DNA of 64,000 bases from Heterodontus francisci (lineage: Eukaryota): NCBI RefSeq assembly GCF_036365525.1, contig NC_090389.1, positions 38,066,973 to 38,130,972 of the forward strand, in the 5' to 3' direction. Numbering within the stretch: position 1 is the first letter of the stretch; every line of letters begins with the position of its first letter. Shown here one piece after another: positions 52,401 through 64,000 of the stretch. A model generated the notes under the pieces. It was not told the origin of the DNA. It ran no database searches and saw nothing but the letters and a program-made list of their open reading frames with translations. The position numbers were made by a program, and so were the translations under genes.

Positions 52401-53189
52401 CCATTAGTTCATATTTTAGGAGAACAGTGGCTGTGCGTTCAGTCTTTGTTTTGTAGGTCTGCAATTTCCCAATGTAACAAGGGAGCTAGAATTTTAATAA
52501 TGTAAATGCAGGGAATTGGCTGGATCTTTGAGTCTGCAGCCGGGAATTACAGCCATTGGGCTCTGACTTAGAGGAATATAAAAGCAGATTATGTGTGTAT
52601 TACCATACAATATTGCCTTAAGTTACTTTAGTACTATATAGTTCAGGGCACGAGACACAGACTTAAGTGCACAAATCTCCACACTTACATACACAAGTGG
52701 AGCTGGTCTGTGTATAGACGCATACCAGAATCCCAATGAACCTGCATGTAGACTCTTGTGCATATGTGAAGAAATGATGTCATGACGTCTGTAATCTCCA
52801 AGGATTTCTGTCATGATTTCAGGCTACAGGTGCACTGAATCCAAGTCAGTGCAATTAGTGGCCAGTCTCAGGAGTCAGGAAAGCTGGGAATGCCGAGCAG
52901 GACTTTTGCATCAGGAGCTGGCTGCACCAACATAATATAAATCGCCTCACATTCTCGCACAATATTTGGACAATTACAATATTTCCTTCATCAGATGTAG
53001 ATTTTGTATAAACTGATTTTATTTGAAATTCAAGTTCAGTGACTGGTTTTCAGATGAAAATCCAAATCATTGTGAGCATTTCTAATATAAATATATTATC
53101 AATATAAAACAGATGGTTCTTGATTATATATATTATAGATTCATATCTGATTTTCATGTTCAGGGTAGTGAGAGCAACCACTAATTCTT

Positions 53190-53830
53190 ATTCATTCATT
53201 TTCAGGATGTGGACAGTGTTGTCAAGGCCAGTATTTACTGCCATCCTTAGTTGCCCTTGAGAAGGTCATGATGGGCCTTCTTCCTGAACCGTTGTAGTCA
53301 ATAAGCTGAAGGTACTCCCACAGGGCTGTTAGATAGGGATGTCCAAATTTTGACCCAGTGATGATGAAGGAACAGTAATAAATGTCCAAGCCAGGATGCT
53401 CTGTGACTTGGAGGGCAACTTTGGAGGTGGAGATTTTCCCATGCACCTGCTATCCCTGTCTTTCTTGGTAGTGGAAGCCATGGGTTTGGGAGGTGCTGTC
53501 AAAAAAGCCTTGGCAAGTTGCTGCTGTGCAATTATAGATAGTGCACACTGCAACCATGGTAGAGGGAGTGGATGTTTATGGCAGTGGACAGGATGCTGAT
53601 CAAGTGGACTGTTTTTTTCTGAATGGTGTCAAGCTTCTTAAGTATTGTTGCACCTGTACCAAATGGAGAAGATTCCCTGACTTGTGCCTTGTAGGTGGTA
53701 GAGAGACTTTGAGGAATCAGGTACTCTCCAGCCTGTAACCTGCTCAAGTAGCCATGGCATTTTTGTAGCTGGTCTTGTCATGTTTCTGGTGAATGGTAAC
53801 CCCAGGAGCTTGATGGTGGTGATATTTGAA
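53190..53830 (-). mobile_element. 3' fragment of the tRNA-headed LINE family
   Basis: SLSTTYKAQVR, LKKLDTIQKK and a tail matching 33900-34430. Confidence 0.8.
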
Positions 53831-54429
53831 TGCTGTGCCAGTTTTATATGAGCATACAACCCAACAGAATAACTGGTGCAGTGGATCAAGGGGAAGTGTA
53901 AGAGCTTCCAGCTCAAGCCAATAAAACCTTTTTTTTTTAAAGACCATGTTATAGAAGAAGTTATAACAGAATTCTGTCAAAGAAGTAAGTTCCTCTTTGT
54001 AAAATAGTAAGTTGGATTACTGCCAGGTCATAACAAATTTAAAAAAAAATAATGCCAGGGTCTCACCTGCAGAGATTAAGGCACATTATTAGAGAAATGT
54101 AACTGACAGCAGACATGCAGTCCTTCCTCTGTTGCTGCACTCCTAAGTATAAGAAAAATTCAAAGTATAGAGAATCAACATTATCGGAGAGGCACAAAAA
54201 TGTGTGCCTACAAATCTGTGCCTCTGTGCAACTGAAGTCAGGAACCAGTCCCAAATAGCTGTACTCCTCTACAATCAGGACTCTGTACCATGAAATGGAG
54301 CTCAGCAGGCATGTGGAACCATGAACTATGGACAAATTTAAACACTGCTCCTGAGTTTGGAGCAAAGCCAAACTCCTTTGACCACCAGAACAATTTTGTG
54401 TTCTCTGCATGTATCTGCATATTAGAGAT

Positions 54430-54690
54430 GTGGAGCTCTCCCTGGTGTCCTGGCCAATATTTATCCCTCAACCAACATCACTAAAACAGATTATCTGGTT
54501 GTTATCGCATTGCTGTTTGTGGGAACTTGCTGTGTGCAAATCGGCTGCTGTCTTTCCTATATTACAACAGTGATTACACATCAAACATATTTAGTTGATA
54601 GTAAAGTGCTTTGGGACACTCTGAAGTTGTGAAAAGTGCTAATTAAAGTGCTTTGGGACACTCTGAAGTTGTGAAAAGTGTGTTAATTAA
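54430..54690 (+). mobile_element. Deu-domain SINE remnant with a 42-bp tandem duplication of its tail
   Basis: CCAATATTTATCCCTCAACC...ATTGCTGTTTGTGGGAAC; TAAAGTGCTTTGGGACACTCTGAAGTTGTGAAAAGTG occurs twice (54602, 54644). Confidence 0.7.
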
Positions 54691-55229
54691 ATAAAATATT
54701 ATTTCATCATAAGTTACGTACAGTAGTGTTTACTTTTCCTCTGCTTTTCTCCGCTTAATTCTTTACTGTGAAGGCTGCAACTCAAATATTGGGTCACTAT
54801 TTGAAGGTGAATTTCCAGTACTTATAAAAATGTCCATTTGTCATGTGTGAACCTCGGTTCTGAGTGTCTGGGTCAGCAGGGTATTTGACAGGAAGGGATA
54901 GAAGACATCACATCTGAACCCTATCATTGTGCGACAACCATACACGTTCATTTCCAGCAGAAGCCATTGAAACATGGGCAGGAGTAGGGGCCTTACTACT
55001 TTTTCCCCTCCCCAGTTTGGAGATGCTGAGGCCAGTTGTGGCGCCTCCACTTTTCCCTGGGTGAAGATTACTAAATCATTACAGAACAGGCATTGAACAC
55101 GGCATTTTCCTAGTCAGGTAACACAAAGTGTATTTTTTCTCTCCAAACAACGGTGTTGAAGGGGTTCTACCGAACAACGAAATTTTAGAAACAATTTCTC
55201 AAATTGAAATGTGAAGTTAGATCTGGCTG

Positions 55230-55416
55230 ATAGAATCATACAGCACAGAATGAGGCCATTTGGCCCATGTGCCTGTGTCAGCTCTTTGAAAGTGTTATCC
55301 AATTAGTCCCACTCAATTGCTCTTTCCGCAGAGCCAAGCAATTGTTTTCCTTTTTAAATATATATCCACTTCCCTCTTAAGGTTACTATTGGATCCACAT
55401 CCACCACCCTTTCAGG
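55230..55416 (-). mobile_element. CR1 3' tail fragment
   Basis: ATAGAATCATACAGCACAGAA...GGCCATTTGGCCCAT. Confidence 0.7.
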
Positions 55417-58400
55417 AAAATATTTAATTCTGGCTGCATCTGCTACGCAGTATTTCCAAAGCAATCAAAAAATTGGACGACTAGGGCCAAGCACTTTATC
55501 TATATTGAGATGTCTAAGTGACCACAAGTATCTACAAATTAGCATAGCTGTCACTTTTAGCATACCTGTTTTGATTTTTTAACTCTGCTGCCGTAGACTA
55601 GTCATTTTGGGGCTGACTTTAAAAAACCCCACAGCATTGCAGCATTGTCAAGGTGGGAAGGAAAAGGTGAAACCTGAGTTCATTTGGCCGAGGTCCTGCG
55701 GCATTGGGTATCACTGGAACAATAAACCATGAGGTGTTTCTGTATAAACCCACAGAGAAGCTTTAGAAATTCCAATATTCTCAGTGGGATTTTACAGCAA
55801 TTGGGCTGCTTTAGATTAGAATGAGTTAAGAGGCTTTAATTAGATAAATGCTGGTAAATCCCCAGCTACTCTTGTAATCTGTGCTGTCCTGGCCAGGCTA
55901 CTTTATATACTGTTCAAGTCATTTAATAGCTTTCCCTTGAGGCTCTTACCTATTTTTCAGCTTGTCTGCTTTCTGCTACATTTAAGAGACGTGCGAGTGA
56001 AGAAGGAAACCATATACCATTCATTGCCTGTTAATGCACTGATTTTTTGGTTTAGAGGGTATTGTATCTTCTTGTACAAGTTGCTGCCATCACTTATCTC
56101 TCTTCCCAAGGCTGTATGTCTCCTGTGTCAAAGACAGCAAGGCACCAGCCACTTCTATGCCATCAGTGCTGCTTTTGACAAGAAGAGCACACAATTAACC
56201 TCATGCAGGCTTCCCATCGAATTTCATGCCATCTTATGGAAAGACATGGGGCTTCTCTTGACATCTCCTTGCAGTAACATCAGAACCCAGTGGAACGGTA
56301 CATGAAACCTGACATTTGCCTCCATCCCATGCCATGCATCCACCCCATAATTCACTGCATCTTAATACTCCATCCCAGTTTACTGTCGCAATTTGAGCAT
56401 ATCTGTTACATAACTGGTTAAGTCATCCATGTCCAGATCTTTCTTGACCACATCAAGTGCTATCACTTTTTATTTGTTCATGGGATTTGGGCATATCGAA
56501 GGCAGTCACTCTCACCTCACCTCTGGAATTCAGCTGTTTTGTCCAGTTTGGTCCAAGGCCGTACTGAGGTCGGGAGCCAAGGGGTCCTTGCGGAACCTAA
56601 ACTTAGCAGGAGTGAGCTGGTTATTGTGAGTAAGAGCCACTTGACAGGACTATAAATGACAGCTTCCATCACTTTTCTGAAGATTGAGGGCAGACTGATG
56701 GGGTGGTAATTGGCCAGATTGGATTTGTCCCGCATTTTGTAGACAGGAATACCTGGGCAATTTTCCACTACACTGGGTAGATGTCAGTGTTGTAGTTATA
56801 CTGGAACAGCTTGGCTAGGGGCATGGCTAGTTCTGGACTACAGGTCTTTAGCACTACAGCCAGGATGTTGTCAGGGCCAATAGCCTTTGCTGTATATAGT
56901 ACACTCAGCCGTTTGTTGATATCACATAGAGTGAATTGAATTTGCTAATGATTGGCTTCTGTATTGGGGGGAGCTCAGGTCAGACCAACTTGGATCATCC
57001 ACTCGGCATTTTTGGGTGAGGATGGGTGCAAACGCTTCAGCATTGCCTTTTGAACTCATGTTCTGGGCTCTGCTATCATTGAGGATGGGTGAGTTCATAG
57101 AGCCTCCTCCTCCTCCTGTTGGTTGTTTAACCGCCCACCACCATTCATGACTAGATGTGGCAGGACTACAGAGCTTTGATTTGATCTGTTAATTATGAGA
57201 TCTCTTAGCTCTGTCTATAAGATGCTGCATCTGTTGTTTAGCATGTGCGCAGTCCAGTGTTGTAGCTTCACCAGATTGGCACCTTATTTTTATGTATGTC
57301 TCATGTTGCACCTGATATGTTCTTCTGCATTCCTCATTGAACCAGGGTTGGCCTCCTGATTTGATGGTAATGGTAGTGCAAGGGATAGATTTATAGAAGA
57401 GATTCATAGAAGGAGGCCATTCAGCCTATTGAGTTTTTGCCAGCTCTCTGCAAGAGCAATTTAGATATGCCCGGTTTAGAGATTACAGATTGTGGTTGAA
57501 CACAATTCTACTGTTGCTGATGGCTACAGCACCTCATGGATGCCCAGTCTTGAGCTGCTAGATCTATCATATTTAGCACAGTGGTAGTGCCACACAACAT
57601 GATGGAGGGTATCCTCAATATGAAGATGGGTCTTTGTCTCCACAAGGACTATGCGGTGGTCACTCCTACCAATGCTTTCATGATGAGATGCATCTACGAC
57701 AGGTATGTTGATGAGGATAAGGTGTAGGTTTTCCCCTCATGTTGATTCTCTCACCACCTGCTGCAGCTATGTCCTTCAGGGCTCAGACAAAAGTCGTGTT
57801 GCTGAGCCACTCTTGGTGATGAACATTGAAGTCCCCCACCCAGAGTACATTCTGTGCCCTTGCTATCCTCAGTGCTTTTTCCAAGTGATGTTCAACATGG
57901 AGGAGTACTGATTCATCAGCTAAGGGAGGGTGGCAGGTGGTAATCAGCGGGAGGTTTCCTTGTCTATGTTAGACCTAATACCATGAGACTTCATGGGGTC
58001 CAGAATCAATGTTGAGGACTTCCAGGGCCACTCCCTATCAACTGTATACCCCTTTGCAGCTACCTTTGATGGGTCTGACCTGCCAGTGGGACAGAACATA
58101 CTCAGGGATGGTAATGGAGGAATCTGGGGCTTTGGCTGTAAGGGATGATTCAGTGAGTCAGGCTGTTGCTTGACTAGTCTGTGGGACAGCTCTCCCAGTT
58201 TTGGCACAGGTCCTCTGATAGTGAGGAGGACTTTGCAGGGTCGATGGGCAGGATGTGCCTTTGTCGTATCCAGAGCCTAGGACGATGCTGGGTGATCCAT
58301 CAGTTTTATTCTTATTAAATGTTTTTGTAGTGGTTTGATATAATTGAATAGCTTGTTAGGCCATTTCTGAGGGCAGTTCAGAGTCAGCCACATTGCTATG

Positions 58401-58441
58401 GGTCTGGAAACACCGAGGCATACCTGGCAAGTTTGGTAAAG

Positions 58442-58997
58442 AAGTGATTCTCAAATGTTGTTGGTTGAAGACCCATTATCAAATGGATTAGTAAGCATGG
58501 ACTCCCCCCAACTAAATTATAATACTTATAATATGAAAGTGGTGCATGTGAAGAGTGTTTTAATAATGCTTTTAAGAATATAGGTAATAGGTAAAAACTT
58601 GGTTATCAGTGAGATGGATGTGCTTACTTCTCACTGCAGGGTCTGTCTATCTTGGCAAGCACTTGGAGAAAGCATTAGGTGAGCAGGAGCACTGGGGATG
58701 CATGGCATGAAGAATGCAGGAGCACAGAGAAAGCACTAGAGGAGCAGAGGGAGGACAGCAGCACGCTAAGACAGCAGGGGCATGGGGAGAGCAGGGCACT
58801 GAGAAAGCAAGAACCCAGAGAGAGCAGGAGCATGGCAAGGGAATCAGAACAAGCCTCAGGCCACAGCTCATTCTTGACTATGGCACCGTGGACGCGGGAG
58901 GTAGGGGGGGAGGGGATCAGCCACCTGTAGGATCAGCCCTGCGTCACAGGCCCCTGGAAGGTCTCAGCAGACATGGACCTCAGTGTGAGAGCAATTG
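58442..58997. mobile_element. Possible hAT/Charlie-like MITE
   Basis: Degenerate termini AAGTGATTCTCAAA / TGTGAGAGCAATTG; interrupts the LINE 5' UTR; TSD not clean. Confidence 0.4.
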
Positions 58998-59165
58998 CCC
59001 TAAAGGATGTCAGTGAACCAGGTGAGTTTTTAACAACCATCTGGTAGTTTCATAGTCACCGTGACTGTTACTAGTTTTTTAATTCCATATTTATTTTTTA
59101 CTGCATTTAAATTCCCAGCTGCTATGGTTGGATTTCTGGATCATTAGTGCAGGCCTCTTGGTTAT

Positions 59166-59403
59166 TGAAATAAAAACAGAAAGTGCTGGAAATACTCAGC
59201 AGGTCTGGCAGCATCTGTGGAGAGAGAAGCAGAGTTAACGTTTCAGTTCTGTGACCTTTCATCCAGTTCTGATGAAGGGTCACTGACCTGAAACGTTAAC
59301 TGTACTTCTCTCTCCACAGATGCTGCCAGACCTGCTGAGTATTTCCAGCACTTTCTGTTTTTATTTCAGATTTCCAGCATCTGCAGTAGTTTGCTTTTAT
59401 TTT
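59166..59403. mobile_element. Penelope-like palindromic element (~100-bp inverted arms) with hammerhead-like core
   Basis: Arms 59166-59264 and 59269-59368 are near-perfect reverse complements; CTGATGA-hairpin-GAAAC at 59269-59294. Confidence 0.7.
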
Positions 59404-59479
59404 CCTCTTGGTTACTAGTCTGGTAACATAACCACTATCCTGCTGTTCCGCACTCTGCACAGTCTCTCACTGCACCAGA

Positions 59480-59757
59480 TCATCCTGGAGAGCAAAGATA
59501 ACCTCCTTTTAGCCCTTTATTGCCCACCATGCCTGCAGCTGCTTTGGCCTCACTTTCTGGTCTTCCTTCTGTAAACCTCTCCGTCATTCCTCCTTTAAGG
59601 CTTTCCTTAAAACCCTCTCTTTTGTTGAAGCCTTTGGGCACCACTTCTAACATCTCCTCCGTTGGCTTGGCATCCATTTTATTCTGATTATGACTCTTTG
59701 AAGTGCCTTGGGATATCTTTCTAGGTTAAAGGCACTTTATGAGTACACGTTGTTGTC
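59480..59757 (+). mobile_element. L2-type LINE 3' end remnant
   Basis: CCTTTAAGGCTTTCCTTAAAACC...AAGCCTTTGG...GAAGTGCCTTGGGA...GTTAAAGGCAC...TTGTTGT tail. Confidence 0.6.
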
Positions 59758-60889
59758 ATTAAATTAAGAGTGCAAGAGGACTGCTGGGAATCTTAATTTC
59801 ATTGGTGTCCCGTGGTTCAGCCAACAGAATCACAGGGTGAGGGAGAAGAAAAGCAATTTTTTCCCTGATGTGGACCCCTGCTGGTTGAGAACTGAGGCAA
59901 TTCACCTCCAATATTGAGGTGGATTCTAATGTCAGCTACCGCTGTGAGTTAAACATGCAGCCATAGGATGTGAACCAACAGCTTTGTTGCATTACCAGGC
60001 TGTCTAATAGTTTAAAAGTCTTTTGAGCAATAACTCTTGGTGGGAAGTAAATGAATATGGAGTGGGGACTATGTTTGCAGACTTTGAGCTGAGCAATGGA
60101 ATGAAACCTGACCCATAGGCACGCAATGTAAGTCAACACGAGGAGATGGAAGTGATTTTAAAGGCATAACAGAGTGAACTTTTAGTATAATGACTGCAGG
60201 CTGTTCGAAGTAATCTGTTTCTAATTATTGTAAATTGTTACTATATTCTTTAAAACAGCTGTGGTTCCCTTTTTCATTGTTAATCAGTTAGGGGGAGAAA
60301 AAAACATTTCAAGCGTATGCCATTTCAAATCTTCTATGGTTCCGATAAGGTAAACAACTGTTTTAAAGAGATGAAATGGCTAATGTGATAACTAGTCTCA
60401 TTTACAAACTGTGACACCAGCAACATCTCAGGTGCTTCCTTCAAAATATTGGTTTCGTTCTTACTGTTCTCCCATGTCTCCTCTCCTCCTGAATGTGCTT
60501 GTAAGCCTTTGGTGTCACGGGAAGTGGCAGATCCAGCATCTTATGAAAGTGAATGTTCCTTGGGCTGAATTTTACCGGCCCCTCAACGCCATGGTAAAAT
60601 TTTGCGGGGAGAGGCCTGCCTCATCCTGCAGAGTCGAGAAGGTCCTGCTGCAAATTACCGGCGGCAGGGGGACCTTGATGCGGACCCCCTGCCGCATGGC
60701 GGCGGCACCCCAATTAGAATATGTTAAACGGTACTTACCTCTGCAGATTTTGCAGCCCGCTGCCTCTGCATGGACACTTCCCGATTTTACTTTGAACAGG
60801 CAGCCATCACGTGCCGCCCCATTCATGATTAGAAAAGCCGGCGGGTCATTGGAGGCAGAATACTTTGCAACAGAAGGTCAGTTCCATTT

Positions 60890-61060
60890 TCAGGGGTCCC
60901 ACTCTGCATACTGGAAGGGAGGAGGAAAGGGGGGATTACAGGAGTCTCACTCTGCATACTGGAAGGGAGGAGGGAGGGGGGAATCACAGGGGTCTCACTC
61001 TGCATACTGGAAAGGAGGAGGGGGGATTACAGGGGTCGAAGCTCTGCATTCTTAAAGGCA
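60890..61060. repeat. ~42-45 bp tandem repeat, ~4 copies
   Basis: Repeated CACTCTGCATACTGGAAGGGAGGAGG...GGGGATTACAGGGGTC. Confidence 0.85.
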
Positions 61061-61659
61061 GGAGGGAGGGGGTCTGGGATTACTGGAGGGAACTCTCTGA
61101 AGGCATGAAGGGAGGTACTCTGTGTACCGTCCCTCCGTAAACAGTGTACGCTCTGTGTTTGTTTGTGTGTGTGAAGGAGCAATGGCACTCTCGTCACCCT
61201 GTGTGTGGGGAGGGTGCCAGAAAGGGCAGGAGCATTAAGGTTATATGGATGGTGGGGGCAATCGATTCAGCTGGTAGGATCTTGATGTAGTCATGCTGTC
61301 CCACTCTGAGTGTTGGCCAAGATGGGCAATGCCATGGCACACCACATAGTTGATCCATGAAAGCATATGATGTACCCATCAACACCAATCCATGCCCTGT
61401 TAGGAACCTTCGAAAATGTGCAGGGTTCAACTTGATTTATCACATGGATATAGGTATGGCTAATCCTACATTGTGTGATCCTCTGCTCCTGAGGATCTGT
61501 ATGCACCAGAGGCAAAATCAACAGACAGGTGTGATCCATGTAGAGGCTCCCAGTGGCGAGCAGCAACCCCCAAGGGGAGCCCGCCATTACGATTGCCGTG
61601 CATCTACAGGCCCACATGACATGCCACCGGATGTCAGAGCACCAGAGCCATGTTTTAAA

Positions 61660-61890
61660 AATTCATTCATGGGATATGGGCGACGCTGGCCAGGCCAGCA
61701 TTTATTACCCATCCCTAATTGCCCTTGAGAAGGTGGTGGTGAGCTGCCTTCTTGAACCGCTGCAATCCATTTGGGGTAGGTATACCCACAGTGCTGTTAG
61801 GAAGGGAGTTCCAGGATTTTGACCCAGCGACAGTGAAGGAACGGCGATATAGTTCCAAGTCAGGATGGTGTGTGACTTGGAGGGGAACCT
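61660..61890 (-). mobile_element. 3' tail of the tRNA-headed LINE family nested in the Harbinger
   Basis: Reverse complement matches 34220-34420 and 15650-15870. Confidence 0.85.
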
Positions 61891-64000
61891 GCAGTCAGAG
61901 GCAATTGCACATATAGAGAGGGTGGTGACTCGTCTCTGTGCCCTGATCAAGGATGATCTGCAGCCCATGGGCTTCGGTGGACATCCTATGCCTTTGGTCC
62001 TCATAGTGGCAGCGGTTCTCAGGCTTGATGCCTCTGCAGCTTTTCAGGGGCCCATCAGAAACCTTTGAGGGGTCACACAGTCAGCAGTGCACCGCTGCAT
62101 CAGGGAGGTCACCGAAGCCCTGCACCAGAGGGCCAGTGAGGATGTCCGCTTCAGGACGGACTCTCACAGCCAGGCCTAGAGGGCCATTGATTTCAGCACC
62201 ATTGCCGGAGAACCATAGATTGTAATGTTCATAGACTGCACTCATGTGGCTATCAGGCCTTCCGGCAGGCTACCACCTGTCACCATTAAAGGAATCCTCT
62301 CAATCTAGGTGAAGCTGGTATGCGATCAATGCTGATGCTTGCTGCAAATCTGTGACTGCTTCACCAGCAGCTGCTATGACACCTGGGACCTGCGCCAGTC
62401 CCCAGTCCCAACTGCCGCCGTTGTTCACTGAACTGGCTCAGATGGAGAGGTGGCTTCTTGGAGATAAGGGCTATCCTTTGCAGACATGGCTCCCGAAACC
62501 AGTGAGAGACCCCACCACTGCTGCAAAGGAGAGATAAAATACCAGCCACTGAGCTACAAGAGCCACCATTGAGCAGGAGATCAGCATGCTGAAAGAGCAC
62601 CTCCAATGCCTGGATGGATAGGGTGATGCCCTGTACTACGGGCCAAAAAGGCCAGCTCCTTTCTTTGCTGCTCTGCACAACTACGCACCCAATAGGAGCC
62701 AAGCCTGGCACGATGAGGAGAGACATCAACAGGATTCCTCCTCAGACTATGAGGACGCTGAGGACCCAACAACATGAAAGATGCATGGGAGGGCAGATGG
62801 CATCCTGGCCGTGCACGCAGGGCTAGCAGTGAGTTAGGGATGTACGGCAGTGGCTTATCAGCCAAAGGCCGTCTGTTCCATAGGAACCAACATGAGCTCT
62901 GCAAGCCACACATCACCCTCGCTCACTTGCTGTACAGCTGTCCACATCTGCAGCATCCCTGTGTAAGCCATTAGAAGCATCAGCTGACTGAGCCAATGTC
63001 CAGGTTATTGCATACGTTGGCTCTCCTGAAGGGCCAATGGTGCAAAGGGATGTGACATTGGTGCTACATGCTGGCACACATTGTTCACACAGAGAAAAGG
63101 ACACACATGTTGGTGAGGAACATTTAGCGAAAGACATATTTACATTGCTGTGACACTGCTTTCCCACTTGTGTCAGTGTGTTCTCTATAAATGGAGAGGT
63201 TGCCCCTTCTTGGTGCAACCTCTGTGTTAGCAGCCTGACTGGAGGAAGGCTGCTGATCTGATTGCCCTTTGGCTGTGGATGACTTTTGTGCTCATAATCT
63301 GTGCACACGAGGCCAAGCGGGCCCCGGCTGGCTGGAGGAGTGCTCGTTCATCCCCTTCCAGCATTGGACCCTTTGACGGCGGATGGCCCCACGGCTATTC
63401 ACCTCCTCTGCCATCTCCAGTCAGACTGCCTTGTTCAGGCGGGTGGGCCTCTTCTTAGCGTCGCTGGTGAAAAGGACCTCCCACCTTGCCTGCACAGCCT
63501 GGAGGAGAGTGAGCAGGGAGACACCGCTGAACTGTGGGGCCACCCTAGAGCACCCCTCTGCCATCCTTGGCTTTTGGTGTGGTCCTTTAAACGCAAAGGT
63601 GATTTCACCGTGTAACTGCTCTAACCTCTGGCTGCAAGGTTTGTCTTGCACATGTTTAAAAACCAACGCAGGACTAGTGAGGAATTCTGTGCTGCTGTCA
63701 TGGTTTTTCAACTATTACACATTGACACATGTTCACGAACACTTTGCTTCTGCAACATCTGATCATATTTCTTGGTATAATATTTCTAGTTGGCAATGCA
63801 GCTAGAATATGAACATATTTTCCTGTTTTTTTAACAAAGATCGTATAACTGCAGTTACATTTATTTTCACATTGCAGTTAGCAGAGAAATGAATAGAGTC
63901 CAAATGCTTATTAATCTGCGACTTTTCACAGTCAGATGATTAGATGCTCATGGTAGGTAATTATTCTTCAATTACGGTTTTATTTCTGTTGTGTATTTGC

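Larger units (their letters stand above)
56470..59450 (-). mobile_element. Second copy of the tRNA-headed LINE (internally deleted, interrupted)
   Basis: NYHPISLPS, QPWFNEEC, PKLGELSHRLVKQQPD match 31650-33350; head-like remnant near 59020-59450. Confidence 0.78.
60562..63720 (+). mobile_element. Second PIF/Harbinger element (decayed, internally deleted)
   Basis: Left TIR GGGCTGAATTTTAC; transposase remnants 61890-62700 (IDCTHVAI, GDKGYPLQTWL, RATIEQEISMLK, CCSAQ/ALHN); Myb-like ORF on minus strand at ~63370-63570 (APQFSGVSLLTLLQAVQARWEVLF); right TIR not seen. Confidence 0.8.

Noticed and set aside
54067-54142. Possible minus-strand exon (polypyrimidine-AG ... CAG|GTGAG)
   Set aside because: One open frame with no recognisable protein similarity and no partner exons identified.
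55937-56305. 122-aa plus-strand ORF
   Set aside because: Non-ATG start, no recognisable homology.

Overview
Eukaryotic, repeat-dense genomic DNA, most likely from a cartilaginous fish (inferred from HE1-like V-SINE, Deu-domain SINEs and abundant CR1 LINEs). No intact host protein-coding exon could be supported. The window is a mosaic of nested, decayed transposable elements: CR1 LINEs (one near full length with an esterase ORF1), a tRNA-headed ORF1-less LINE family, an RTE fragment, PIF/Harbinger elements and MITEs, hAT and Tc1/mariner MITEs, Penelope-like palindromes, a probable solo LTR and a 3.6 kb minisatellite. The outstanding observation is at 4-3811. A Ty3/Gypsy-type LTR element has gag and protease, but its RT/RNaseH/integrase region is replaced by the C-terminal part of a cellular Myc gene (Myc box IV, NLS-like segment, bHLH-ZIP), in frame with the protease and followed by a PPT and 3' LTR. 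This resembles the gag-myc architecture of acutely transforming avian retroviruses. A later CR1 insertion split the myc sequence at the start of the basic region. All family assignments come from motif recognition by eye; no database search was run.
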